Translations under genes and position numbers: made by a program | Part shown: positions 31,092 through 40,295 of the stretch, one piece after another | How the letters are laid out: every line of letters starts with the position of its first letter | Numbering within the stretch: the stretch's first letter is position 1 | Notes under the pieces: model-generated | What the model saw: the letters and a program-made list of their open reading frames with translations, nothing else | Database searches by the model: none | Told to the model about the DNA's origin: nothing | DNA from: an uncultured Anaeroplasmatales bacterium | Lineage (GTDB): Bacteria > Bacillota_I > Bacilli_A > Acholeplasmatales > WRBM01 | NCBI GenBank assembly: GCA_964478425.1 | Contig: CAYZIB010000006.1 | Location: 8,133-72,132, forward strand | Length of the DNA: 64,000 nucleotides | Direction of reading: 5' to 3'

Positions 31092-33149
31092 ATGAAAAAT
31101 AAATTTTTATCATATTTAGATGAATTTCATAATATAACAGTCTTAATACCATATGAATATAGACAAGATATTTCTAAGTCATTTTATTTACATAATGGTA
31201 AAACAAAAGAAGAATTAATCATTGATAAAATATCAGATATTGGATTATATAGAAAATATGAATTAATTTCATATGATTTAATAAATATTAATAGAGATTA
31301 TACAATTTATGATGATAATAAAGAAATAAGTTATTTGAAAATTGGCGCAGTTACAAGAAGTCCTCTTTTCGATATATTATATTCATATGATGGTAATGAT
31401 TTAGGATTTCAATATAATTTAAATTATACAATTTTCAAATTATGGAGTCCTGTTGCAAAAGAAGTAGAAATTGAAATAGTTGATTTAGACAATAATATAA
31501 AATTTTATGAATTAGAAAACATGAGTAAAGGTATCTGGGAAATAAAATTAGAAGGTAACCTAGATAAATATAAATACAAATATCGCATAAGAATAAATGA
31601 TACATTTGTTGAAACTTTAGATCCTTATGCTATTAGTAGTGATGCTAATGCTAATTATAATTATGTAATTGATTTAAAAAAAACATATCAATTTTTAAAT
31701 AAAAAACCTGAATTTAGTGGAATTAAGACAGATATGGTTGTTATGGAAACACATGTAAGAGATTTAACAAGTATGGAAGGATTAGATGTTTTAAATCCAT
31801 TAAAATTTAGTTCTTTATTAGAGAATTTAAAAAGTAAAAATAATAATAAAATCGGATTAGAATATATAAAAGAACTAGGAGTTACTCATATTCAATTTAT
31901 GCCTCTTTTTGATTTTGGAGGTGTAGATGAAATAAATCAAAAAGATAAATATAATTGGGGATATAATCCAATTCAATATAATGTTGTAGAAGGATCATAT
32001 TCAACTAATCCGAATGATCCATATAAAAGAATAAACGAATTAAAAAAATTAATTGATTATTGTCATAATTTAGGTTTAAGAGTTGTTTTAGATGTGGTTT
32101 ATAATCATGTTTATGAAATGGAAGAATTTAGTTATCAAAAAATTGTTCCTGCATATTTTTTTCATTATGATCAAAGAGGAATTAGAACTAATAATAGTGG
32201 TTGTGGAAATGATATTGCATCAACTAGAAAAATGGTTAGAAAATATATAATTGATTCATGTATGTATTGGATTAAAGAGTTTAATATCGATGGATTTAGA
32301 TTTGATTTAATGGGATTATTAGATATTGAAACAATTAATACTATCGAAAGAAAAGCATATAATTTTGATAAATCGTTTGTTATATATGGCGAAGGATGGA
32401 ATATGAATAGTTTAGTTCCTAATTATTTAAGAAGTAATATGAATAATCATAAATTACAACCATATATTTCATTTTTTAATGATTCATTTAGAGATAATAT
32501 AAGAAAATATGCTGCAAATAAATTTTATAATATGTATGAAATATCAGATTTAATTATGGGAATGAAATTTTATTCTCCAAGTCAAAGTATTAATTATGTT
32601 GAATGTCATGACAATTATACATTATATGATTATTATAAAGTTAATAATTTAGAAGGAAATGATCTAATTAATGCACATATTTTAGCAACCCAAATAACAT
32701 TATTAAGTGAAGGTATACCATTTATTCAAATTGGTCAAGAATTTTTTAGAACTAAAAATTTAGTTGAAAATTCTTATAAAAGCTCAGATGATATTAATTT
32801 TGTTGATTGGAATAAAATGGATAATAATTATGATTATCAAGAGTTAGTTAAAGATCTTATTGATATAAGAAAAACATATAAAGTTTTTAGACTTGATTCA
32901 AATTCAAAAGTAAAAAATAATGTTTTATTTTTAAAAGATATAAGTGATATACATCATTTACATTTTAAATTAAAAGATATTTTAGGTGAATTATATGTTA
33001 TAATAAAAAACAATAATATAAATTATACCTTTTTAAATAATGAAAACTGGATATTAATTTTTGATGGTAGAAAAAAATCATTTAGTTTTTCAAATAAAAT
33101 GAATTTAATTAATCCTGGAGTATATATCTTTTTAAAAGGAGGAGAGTAA
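31092..33149 (+). CDS. pulA: Type I pullulanase (GH13 with an N-terminal CBM48-like region)
   Basis: YNWGYNP, VVLDVVYNHV, GFRFDLMG, YGEGWN, YVECHDN. I prefer ATG 31092, 6 nt after GGAGG; the track starts at 31086. Confidence 0.88.
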   Translation: MKNKFLSYLDEFHNITVLIPYEYRQDISKSFYLHNGKTKEELIIDKISDIGLYRKYELISYDLININRDYTIYDDNKEISYLKIGAVTRSPLFDILYSYDGNDLGFQYNLNYTIFKLWSPVAKEVEIEIVDLDNNIKFYELENMSKGIWEIKLEGNLDKYKYKYRIRINDTFVETLDPYAISSDANANYNYVIDLKKTYQFLNKKPEFSGIKTDMVVMETHVRDLTSMEGLDVLNPLKFSSLLENLKSKNNNKIGLEYIKELGVTHIQFMPLFDFGGVDEINQKDKYNWGYNPIQYNVVEGSYSTNPNDPYKRINELKKLIDYCHNLGLRVVLDVVYNHVYEMEEFSYQKIVPAYFFHYDQRGIRTNNSGCGNDIASTRKMVRKYIIDSCMYWIKEFNIDGFRFDLMGLLDIETINTIERKAYNFDKSFVIYGEGWNMNSLVPNYLRSNMNNHKLQPYISFFNDSFRDNIRKYAANKFYNMYEISDLIMGMKFYSPSQSINYVECHDNYTLYDYYKVNNLEGNDLINAHILATQITLLSEGIPFIQIGQEFFRTKNLVENSYKSSDDINFVDWNKMDNNYDYQELVKDLIDIRKTYKVFRLDSNSKVKNNVLFLKDISDIHHLHFKLKDILGELYVIIKNNNINYTFLNNENWILIFDGRKKSFSFSNKMNLINPGVYIFLKGGE

Positions 33150-33150
33150 A

Positions 33151-34080
33151 ATGGATTTTTTAGAAAATGAGGAATACAATTTTTTTGCGATAACAGAAAC
33201 TGTTAATATAGGTGAAGATTTTGGTAATATTAATGTTTTATTAGAAGATGGAACAAAATGCAATATTAAATTAGATAATAATTTTTATGATTTTTTTAAA
33301 AATAATAAAATTTATTATTTTAAAGTTATAGTAAGTAAAAATAAATTTAGAGAAAGATTAGATATTAATTTAGTTGATGCTATATTTGTTTATGATTATT
33401 TTAAAGATGATTTAGTAGGTTTAGATGAAATCTTAAAAAAATTTTATAAATATGCACCTATTAATACAAATATAATGATTTCTAAAATAGAAGAATATAT
33501 TAGTAAAATTGAAAATAAAGTATTATATGATATAACAAGTACTATTTATAAAAAATATAAAAATCAGTTTTATATTTATCCGGCTGCAACTAAATTTCAT
33601 CACACATATATAGGTGGACTAGCCTTTCATACTTATCAAATGATTAGTTTATGTGATACATTTATTAAAATATATAGACATATAAATAAAGATTATTGTT
33701 ATGCGGGTATTATTTTACATGACATATTAAAAGTAAAAGAATTAAGTGAAGCAGAAGGTGCAGAATATACAACAGAAGGTAATTTAATCGGTCATATAAA
33801 TTTGTGTATGAATGAACTTGCTATATGTGCTAGTAAATTAGGATATTTAGAAAAAGAAGAATATATGTTATTATCTCATATTATTTTGTCGCATCATGGT
33901 CAATTTTCTCAAAAAAGGCCAATGACAGCAGAAGCTTTTTTAGTTTCATTTTTAGATAATTTTGATAGTAAAATGACAGTTTTACAAGAAGAATTAGATA
34001 AAATTAAAAATGGAACATTTACAGATCCCTTAAGAATTATGGAAAGAGAAAAATTTTATAAAAGATCTGATGATTTATAA
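33151..34080 (+). CDS. yhaM: 3'-5' exoribonuclease YhaM (OB fold plus HD domain)
   Basis: AATKFHHTYIGGLAFHT, HDILK, SHHG. Confidence 0.85.
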   Translation: MDFLENEEYNFFAITETVNIGEDFGNINVLLEDGTKCNIKLDNNFYDFFKNNKIYYFKVIVSKNKFRERLDINLVDAIFVYDYFKDDLVGLDEILKKFYKYAPINTNIMISKIEEYISKIENKVLYDITSTIYKKYKNQFYIYPAATKFHHTYIGGLAFHTYQMISLCDTFIKIYRHINKDYCYAGIILHDILKVKELSEAEGAEYTTEGNLIGHINLCMNELAICASKLGYLEKEEYMLLSHIILSHHGQFSQKRPMTAEAFLVSFLDNFDSKMTVLQEELDKIKNGTFTDPLRIMEREKFYKRSDDL

Positions 34081-34089
34081 AAAAAATAG

Positions 34090-34118
34090 TTGAAAGATTT
34101 ATTTAAGAGTGATATAAT
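34090..34118 (+). promoter_or_regulatory. Promoter of the riboswitch-MATE unit
   Basis: TTGAAA at 34090-34095, a 17 nt spacer, then the extended -10 TGaTATAAT at 34110-34118. Confidence 0.75.
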
Positions 34119-34126
34119 GCCAAAGG

Positions 34127-34187
34127 CTTATATATATTTGTAATTGGACAAATGTTTCTACGAACTACCGTAATAGTTTACTATAAG
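34127..34187 (+). promoter_or_regulatory. Purine riboswitch aptamer, guanine-type (C at the specificity position)
   Basis: P1 pairs CTTATA with TATAAG. J2/3 is GTTTCTAC, identical to the xpt core. P2 is 34136-34140 with 34149-34153, and L2 carries GG. P3 pairs GAACTA with TAGTTT, and L3 is CCGTAA. J3/1 is AC, with the C at 34181. Confidence 0.85.
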
Positions 34188-34207
34188 TTAAACTATTATT
34201 TTTTTTT
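34171..34207 (+). terminator. Expression-platform terminator that overlaps the aptamer's P3 and P1 3' strands
   Basis: TAATAGTTTA 34171-34180 pairs with TAAACTATTA 34189-34198. The loop is CTATAAGT. Nine T follow at 34199-34207, then GGAGG. Confidence 0.7.
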
Positions 34208-34216
34208 GGAGGTTAT

Positions 34217-35593
34217 ATGGAACAAAAAATATTAGGTGAAGAAAAAATTTCTAAATTATTATTAAAATTTTCAATACCTTGTGTAACTGCATTATTAATT
34301 AGTGCATTATATAATATAGTTGATCAAATATTTATTGGTAATAGTGAATTAGGAATTATAGGTAATGCAGCAACAGGTATTTCATTTCCAATTATATGTA
34401 TCGCTAATGCATTTGCATGGTGCATAGGAGATGGTGCTGCATCTTATTTAAGTATTTGTCAAGGTAAAAAAGATGCATATAGTTCTCATAAATGTGTTGG
34501 TAATGGAATATTAGTAACAACTATAATAAGTATAGTATTAATGATTATATGTTATATATTTGCATCTCCATTAATGATTGCATTTGGAGCATCAAGTGAA
34601 TCATATAAATTAGCTTTAGATTATTTTCAAATTATTGTTGCATTTTTCCCTTTTTATTTATTATTAAATGTAACGAATAGTATGATAAGAGCAGATGGTA
34701 GTCCAACATATGCAATGATTGCAATGCTTGTTGGAGCAGTCATTAATTTAATACTTGATCCATTATTTATATATGTTTTTAAATTTGGAATTAAAGGTGC
34801 TGCTTATGCGACTGGTATTGGACAAGTTATATCATGTTATATGTGTATAAGATATTTTAAAAATCCTAAAAGTTTTAGATTGTCTAAAGATAGTTTCAAA
34901 TTAGATTATAATATTTTAAAAGAAACAATTAAATTAGGATTATCAACATTTATTTTTCAAATTTCTATAGCGGTTATGACTGTTATGTGTAATATTACAT
35001 TAAAACAATATTCTGGTTTATCAAAATATGGCGAAGATATACCACTTTCAGTATTTAGTATTCAAACTAAAGTATATACAATTGTATGTAATATTGTTAC
35101 TGGGATTGTTTTAGGTGGTCAACCAATATTTGGATATAATTATGGTGCTAATAAAATGGACAGAGTAAAAAAGACATATAAAATTGTTTTATTATTAACC
35201 GTTTTAATTGGAATTATATCAACAATGATTTTTCAATTTTGTCCTCAAATTATTATTAATTTATTTGGAGGAGGAGATAAATTATATTTAGAATTTGCTA
35301 TAAAAACATTTAGAATATATTTATCATTATTAACTATTACATGTTTAGTAAAAATGACATCTGTATTTTTTCAATCAATTGGTAAATCATTTTATGCAGT
35401 AATATCTGCCATAATTCGTGATTTATTGTTGTTTACACCGTTAGTTATTATATTACCTAAATATTTAGAACAAAAAAATCCTGGAACAGGAATTTATGGA
35501 TTGTTGTATGCTGCTCCTATTGCTGATTTTATTGTTTTATTTGTTATATTATTTTTAACAATAAGATTTTTTAAAAAACAAGAATCAAAGTAA
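34217..35593 (+). CDS. MATE family efflux transporter
   Basis: 458 aa with about 12 TM segments. The N-terminus (LLKFSIP..TALLISALYNIVDQIFIG) is typical of MATE/NorM-like proteins. Confidence 0.85.
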   Translation: MEQKILGEEKISKLLLKFSIPCVTALLISALYNIVDQIFIGNSELGIIGNAATGISFPIICIANAFAWCIGDGAASYLSICQGKKDAYSSHKCVGNGILVTTIISIVLMIICYIFASPLMIAFGASSESYKLALDYFQIIVAFFPFYLLLNVTNSMIRADGSPTYAMIAMLVGAVINLILDPLFIYVFKFGIKGAAYATGIGQVISCYMCIRYFKNPKSFRLSKDSFKLDYNILKETIKLGLSTFIFQISIAVMTVMCNITLKQYSGLSKYGEDIPLSVFSIQTKVYTIVCNIVTGIVLGGQPIFGYNYGANKMDRVKKTYKIVLLLTVLIGIISTMIFQFCPQIIINLFGGGDKLYLEFAIKTFRIYLSLLTITCLVKMTSVFFQSIGKSFYAVISAIIRDLLLFTPLVIILPKYLEQKNPGTGIYGLLYAAPIADFIVLFVILFLTIRFFKKQESK

Positions 35594-35596
35594 AAT

Positions 35597-35625
35597 AAAA
35601 ATCGCCTTTTTTGGCGATTTTTTAT
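35597..35625. terminator. Bidirectional terminator between the MATE and CofE-like genes
   Basis: AAAATCGCC pairs with GGCGATTTT, with an A-run before and a T-run after. Confidence 0.8.
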
Positions 35626-36822
35626 TTAATCAGTATAATTATCAAAATATCCTTGAATTAGAATAATAGGTGTACCTTTATCTCCTGATCCGCTTGTTAA
35701 ATCACATAATGATCCGATTAAATCAGTTAATTGACGAGGAGTAGTACCTTGAGATGCCATATTTCCAACAAGATTTTTATTTTTTTGTTTTATTTTATTG
35801 CTTATTGCATCTTTTAATTCATTTCCATTTAAATCTTTAAAATCATTATCAGCTAAATATTTTAATTTTAATTCATTAGGTGTTCCTATTAAACCATCTG
35901 TAAAAGCAGGTGATACAACTGGATCTGCAAGTTCCCAAATTTTTCCTTTTGGATCTTTAAATGCTCCATCACCATAAACCATAACTTCAACATGTTTATT
36001 TGTTCTATTAAATATTTCTTTTTGAATATTTAAAACAAGTTCCATAGATTCTTTTTCTTTAGGAAATAATTTAATTTTATCTTCAGTTGATTTATTAGAT
36101 CCTAAAAGACCATATTTATCATTAAATCCACTTCCATTTATTGAAACATTTAAAATATCATCTAAGCTTAAAACTTTTTTAGCACCATTTTCTAATAAAA
36201 TTCTTTTTGTTCTTTTTCTTGTGTGAATATCGCAATTTATAACATATTTAGTATAATTTAAAATTGCTTTTGGATGATTAGCAAAAATAATTTCTGCTTC
36301 ACAGTTTTCACTTTCTATTAATTCTTTATAATAATTTATATAGTCTATTCCTGTAAATTGATGAACTTTATATCCAAAGTTTTTTCGATATTCATCTAAT
36401 GATAAAACATCTGAATAAGGATTAATATTTGTTTTATCTAAATCTGTAAAATCAATTAATGCATTTCCAACTTCATCACTTGGATATGATAACATTAAAA
36501 CAATTTTTTTTGCTGCTTTAGCAATTCCTTTTAAACAAATTGCAAATCTATTTCTAGATAAAATAGGGAAAATTACACCTATTGTATCATTATTAATTTT
36601 ATTTAAGATATCTTGTTTTATATCTAATATAGATGCATAATTTCCTTGCGCTCTAGCTACAATTGATTCAGTTAATGCTATTACGTCTTTATCTTTAATT
36701 GTAAAGTTTTCTTTATTTGCAGCATTTAATACTGAATTTACTGTAATATCAACTAAATTATCGTTTTCTCTTATAATTGGACATCTAATTCCTCTTACTA
36801 CTGTTCCTACTGTTCTTTCCAT
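35626..36822 (-). CDS. F420-0:gamma-glutamyl ligase-like (CofE family) protein of unknown role
   Basis: The N-terminus MERTVGTVVRGIRCPIIRENDNL..ALTESIVARAQGN resembles the CofE-like proteins of Firmicutes and Mollicutes, as I recall them. 398 aa. Confidence 0.5.
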   Translation of the reverse strand: MERTVGTVVRGIRCPIIRENDNLVDITVNSVLNAANKENFTIKDKDVIALTESIVARAQGNYASILDIKQDILNKINNDTIGVIFPILSRNRFAICLKGIAKAAKKIVLMLSYPSDEVGNALIDFTDLDKTNINPYSDVLSLDEYRKNFGYKVHQFTGIDYINYYKELIESENCEAEIIFANHPKAILNYTKYVINCDIHTRKRTKRILLENGAKKVLSLDDILNVSINGSGFNDKYGLLGSNKSTEDKIKLFPKEKESMELVLNIQKEIFNRTNKHVEVMVYGDGAFKDPKGKIWELADPVVSPAFTDGLIGTPNELKLKYLADNDFKDLNGNELKDAISNKIKQKNKNLVGNMASQGTTPRQLTDLIGSLCDLTSGSGDKGTPIILIQGYFDNYTD

Positions 36823-36908
36823 ATTTTCACCTTTTTAAGTTAAAATTTTAATACGCAATAATTATACATTTTCTAATTTATATATGCAAATATTTTTTAA
36901 AAAATAAA

Positions 36909-36937
36909 TTGAAATAAAAATAATCTAATGATATAAT
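36909..36937 (+). promoter_or_regulatory. Promoter of the small membrane protein gene
   Basis: TTGAAA at 36909-36914, a 17 nt spacer, then the extended -10 TGaTATAAT at 36929-36937. Confidence 0.65.
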
Positions 36938-36957
36938 GCGAACAAGGAGGGAAAACT

Positions 36958-37185
36958 ATGTCAAAATGGTTTAAAAAACAAAGTAGATTAGTTCAAATTT
37001 TATTATTATTAATTCCGGGACTTAACTGGGTTGTTGAAGTTCTTGTAAGATGGGATCATGCAATTAAAAAACAAAGTTTATTTAAAATATTAATTGCAAT
37101 ACTTGTAACTATTCCATCAGGTATTATTATTGGATGGTTAGATTGTATATGGTGTTTATTATTTAAACATTTATTCTTGGCCTAA
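36958..37185 (+). CDS. Small membrane protein, 75 aa, two TM segments
   Basis: The SD is AAGGAGGG. It has its own promoter and terminator. I do not recognise the family. Confidence 0.6.
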   Translation: MSKWFKKQSRLVQILLLLIPGLNWVVEVLVRWDHAIKKQSLFKILIAILVTIPSGIIIGWLDCIWCLLFKHLFLA

Positions 37186-37213
37186 TATTATAATTTAAAT
37201 TTGAATATTAATT

Positions 37214-37244
37214 AGTCAAAACAAAAAAAGTTTTGACTTTTTTT
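37214..37244 (+). terminator. Rho-independent terminator
   Basis: AGTCAAAAC pairs with GTTTTGACT, followed by a T-run. Confidence 0.8.
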
Positions 37245-37295
37245 ATTTAAAACACATCAAATTTTTTAATAGCATATACTAATATTGGTGGTATT

Positions 37296-38063
37296 ATGAA
37301 TGAAAAAATTTTATTTACAGTGCTTGGTATATTATTTATTTTTATCGCAACATCAATTGGGGCATTAACTGTATTTTTTTTTAAAAATGGGATTAAAGAA
37401 AAATTATATAAATTTATATTAGGTTTTTCAAGTGGAGTGATGTTTGCAGCAGCTATATGGTCATTAATTATTAAAGCTTTTACGTATACATTTATAAATG
37501 ATAATATAAAATATTTTTTAGTAATAATAGGAATAATTTTTGGAACTTTTTTTATAATTTCATTAGATATGATAATTCCTAAATATGTTTTAAAATCTAA
37601 TAAAAATTTATCTAAAGTTAGTAAGATGTTTATTGCAGTAACATTGCATAATATTCCTGAAGGACTAGTGGTTGGGATTAGTTTTGGTTTAGCATTAAAT
37701 AGTGCAGATAAGTCATTATTATATAGTGCATTATTATTAAGTTTTGGAATTGGATTTCAAAATATTTTAGAAGGAGCTGCATTATCTATTCCGTATTTAA
37801 ATTTAACGTTAAATAAGAAAAAATCTGCTTTTTACGGAATATTAAGTGGTGCTGTTGAACCGATTTTTGCTTTTTTTGGAGTATTATTAGTATCTAATTT
37901 AAATTACACAACTCCATTTTTACTTAGTTTTGCAGCTGGTTCAATGATTTATGTTGTAGTAGAAGAAATGATTCCTGATGCAAGATTAAATATAAATTAT
38001 ATTGGATCTATTGGTTTTATATTTGGATTTATAATTATGATGATGTTAGATATAATATTATAA
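37296..38063 (+). CDS. ZIP family divalent metal transporter (ZupT-like)
   Basis: HNIPEGLVVG and FQNILEGAAL motifs; 8 TM segments. Confidence 0.85.
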   Translation: MNEKILFTVLGILFIFIATSIGALTVFFFKNGIKEKLYKFILGFSSGVMFAAAIWSLIIKAFTYTFINDNIKYFLVIIGIIFGTFFIISLDMIIPKYVLKSNKNLSKVSKMFIAVTLHNIPEGLVVGISFGLALNSADKSLLYSALLLSFGIGFQNILEGAALSIPYLNLTLNKKKSAFYGILSGAVEPIFAFFGVLLVSNLNYTTPFLLSFAAGSMIYVVVEEMIPDARLNINYIGSIGFIFGFIIMMMLDIIL

Positions 38064-38119
38064 TATATAAAATTAATATTTTAATTTTAAAAAAATATGT
38101 TATAATTTTTTTTATAGAA

Positions 38120-39631
38120 GTGAGGTTGATAATTATAAAAAAAATATTGCTAGATAAATTTAAAGAATCAATAATGTCAATATTACCAATAACTTTAATA
38201 GTTTGTTTATTAAATTTATTTGTTAATGTTGGAAGTAGTAACTTAATAAATTTTATAATTTGTTCAATTCTTTTAATATTTGGTATGACTTTTTTTAGTG
38301 TTGGTGTTGATTCATCTATGATGGTAATGGGTCAAGAAATTGGGAATCATTTGACAAAAAAGAGAAATTTATTTTGGTTATTATTTGTTGGATTTTTAAT
38401 TGGATTTTTAGTTACTATTGCTGAACCTGATTTAACAGTTTTAGCAAATCAGTTTAAAGCTTTAAGTAGCAAATATTATTTAATTATACCAGTAGCATTA
38501 GGTGTTGGTATATTTATGGTAATTGCAATTTTAAGAATTTTATTTAAGGTTAAACTTAAATACATCTTACTATTTTTTTATTCATTAATTTTAGTTATGA
38601 TTTTTTTAATTAATGAAGAATTTGTTCCTATTTCACTTGATTCAGGTGGAGTTACAACAGGACCTATTACAGTACCATTTATTTTAGCATTTGGAACAGG
38701 TATTGCAATGCAAAGATCATCTAAAGGTAAAGACGATAGTTTTGGATTGGTTGCAATATGTTCTATAGGACCTATTTTTGCAGTATTAATTTTAGGTTTT
38801 ATTTTAAAAGAACCTTTAATTGATACATCGAGTAGTGCTAATATAAGTTTTATTCAAACTTTATTAAATTGTTTTAAAGAAGTATTAATAGCTCTTTTGC
38901 CTATAATGATCTTTTTTATAATTTATCAATTTTTTATTTTAAAATTATCAAAAAAAAGATTTTTAAAGATTTTAGTTGGGCTTTTATTTTCTTTTTTAGG
39001 ATTAACTTTGTTTTTAACAGGAGTTAATTATGGATTTATGCCTATTGCTCAAAAATTAGGTTCATTATTAGGAAATATAGATAATAAATTAGTGTTAATC
39101 CCTATTGCTTTTATAATTGGGTTTGTTGGAGTTATTGCTGAACCTGCAGTTCATGTATTAAATAATCAAGTATTTGAAATTACAAGTGGTACAATTTCTA
39201 AAAAGACTATGCTTTTTTGTTTATCTATTGGTGTTGGTATTTCACTTGTTTTATCTGTATTAAGAATTATTTTTGATATATCGATTTATTATATTATTGT
39301 TCCTGGATATATTTTAGCTTTAATTTTAATGTTTTTTGTCCCAAATATTTTTACGGCGATTGCTTTTGATAGTGGAGGGGTTGCATCTGGTGCTATTACT
39401 GCAAGTTTTGTATTACCACTAGTTACTGGTATTTGCGAAATGATTAGTCCGGATAAAATATTACTTAATGCTTTTGGTGTTGTTGCATTTACAGCAATGA
39501 CTCCACTTATTGTTATACAATTATTAGGATTAGTTTATAAAATTAAATCTAAAAATGATAATAGTACAAAAGTTACTGATATTAAATATGAAATTATTGA
39601 ATTTAATAATAAAGAAAGTGATAGATTATGA
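38120..39631 (+). CDS. DUF1538-type polytopic membrane protein with an internal duplication
   Basis: The two halves share IAEPDLTVLANQ with IAEPAVHVLNNQ, and LDSGGVTTGPITVPFILAFGTG with FDSGGVASGAITASFVLPLVTG. The exact start is uncertain: it is GTG 38120 in the track, and the first ATG is at 38174. Confidence 0.65.
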   Translation: MRLIIIKKILLDKFKESIMSILPITLIVCLLNLFVNVGSSNLINFIICSILLIFGMTFFSVGVDSSMMVMGQEIGNHLTKKRNLFWLLFVGFLIGFLVTIAEPDLTVLANQFKALSSKYYLIIPVALGVGIFMVIAILRILFKVKLKYILLFFYSLILVMIFLINEEFVPISLDSGGVTTGPITVPFILAFGTGIAMQRSSKGKDDSFGLVAICSIGPIFAVLILGFILKEPLIDTSSSANISFIQTLLNCFKEVLIALLPIMIFFIIYQFFILKLSKKRFLKILVGLLFSFLGLTLFLTGVNYGFMPIAQKLGSLLGNIDNKLVLIPIAFIIGFVGVIAEPAVHVLNNQVFEITSGTISKKTMLFCLSIGVGISLVLSVLRIIFDISIYYIIVPGYILALILMFFVPNIFTAIAFDSGGVASGAITASFVLPLVTGICEMISPDKILLNAFGVVAFTAMTPLIVIQLLGLVYKIKSKNDNSTKVTDIKYEIIEFNNKESDRL

Positions 39632-39966
39632 GAAAAATAGATGGTTTAAAACTATTAATTACAATAGTTGATCGCGATAAGCAAAAAAATGTAGAAGATA
39701 TTTTAAATGAAAATGGATGTATGTTTCAAATATCTAGTTATGGTATAGGAACAGCAAGTAAGGAAATATTAGATTTACTTAATTTAGGAGAACCATTAAA
39801 AGCAATTATATTTTCTTTTGTTGAATCAAGTATAGTTTTAAAATGTTTAAATGATTTAGAAAATATTTTAGAAATTAATAAACATGGTAATGGTATTTCT
39901 TTAGTAATTGATATTAATAGTATTCCTTCTACATCATTAAATAAAATTATAAATTTGGAGGAGTAA
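39628..39966 (+). CDS. PII-like (GlnB superfamily) small protein 1
   Basis: 112 aa. The beta-alpha-beta pattern is LLITIVDRDK..VEDILNENG, with the loop YGIGTAS. The start overlaps the upstream stop as ATGA. Confidence 0.55.
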   Translation: MRKIDGLKLLITIVDRDKQKNVEDILNENGCMFQISSYGIGTASKEILDLLNLGEPLKAIIFSFVESSIVLKCLNDLENILEINKHGNGISLVIDINSIPSTSLNKIINLEE

Positions 39967-39967
39967 A

Positions 39968-40276
39968 ATGGATAAATATTTAGTGGTTGCTATTTCAAAT
40001 CATGGATATAGTGAAGAAATAATGAGTTGCGCAAAAAAATGTGGAGCAAAAGGTGGAACTATTTTAAAAGGAAAGGGTTCTGCATCAAATGATATTAAAA
40101 AATTTTTTGGGATAACTATTTCTCCAGAAAAGGAAATTTTATTTATTGTTTTATCTGAAAACATTAAAAATGATGTTATGATGGAAATTACAAAAAATTA
40201 TGGTATAACATCACAAGCACATACTGTTGTTTTTTCTATTAAAGTTGATAAGACAATTGGTATATTAGAAGATTAA
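39968..40276 (+). CDS. PII-like (GlnB superfamily) small protein 2
   Basis: 102 aa. YLVVAISNHGYSEEIMSCAKKCGAKGGTILKGKGSAS is followed by a T-loop-like region. Confidence 0.6.
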   Translation: MDKYLVVAISNHGYSEEIMSCAKKCGAKGGTILKGKGSASNDIKKFFGITISPEKEILFIVLSENIKNDVMMEITKNYGITSQAHTVVFSIKVDKTIGILED

Positions 40277-40295
40277 TTAAAAGAGGGCGGATTTA

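Noticed and set aside
38120-38176. A precise start codon for the DUF1538 gene.
   Set aside because: GTG 38120 and TTG 38126 overlap or abut the only SD-like element (GTGAGG). ATG 38174 would remove residues that look conserved (KKILLDKFKESI). The start cannot be resolved from sequence alone, so the track coordinate is kept.
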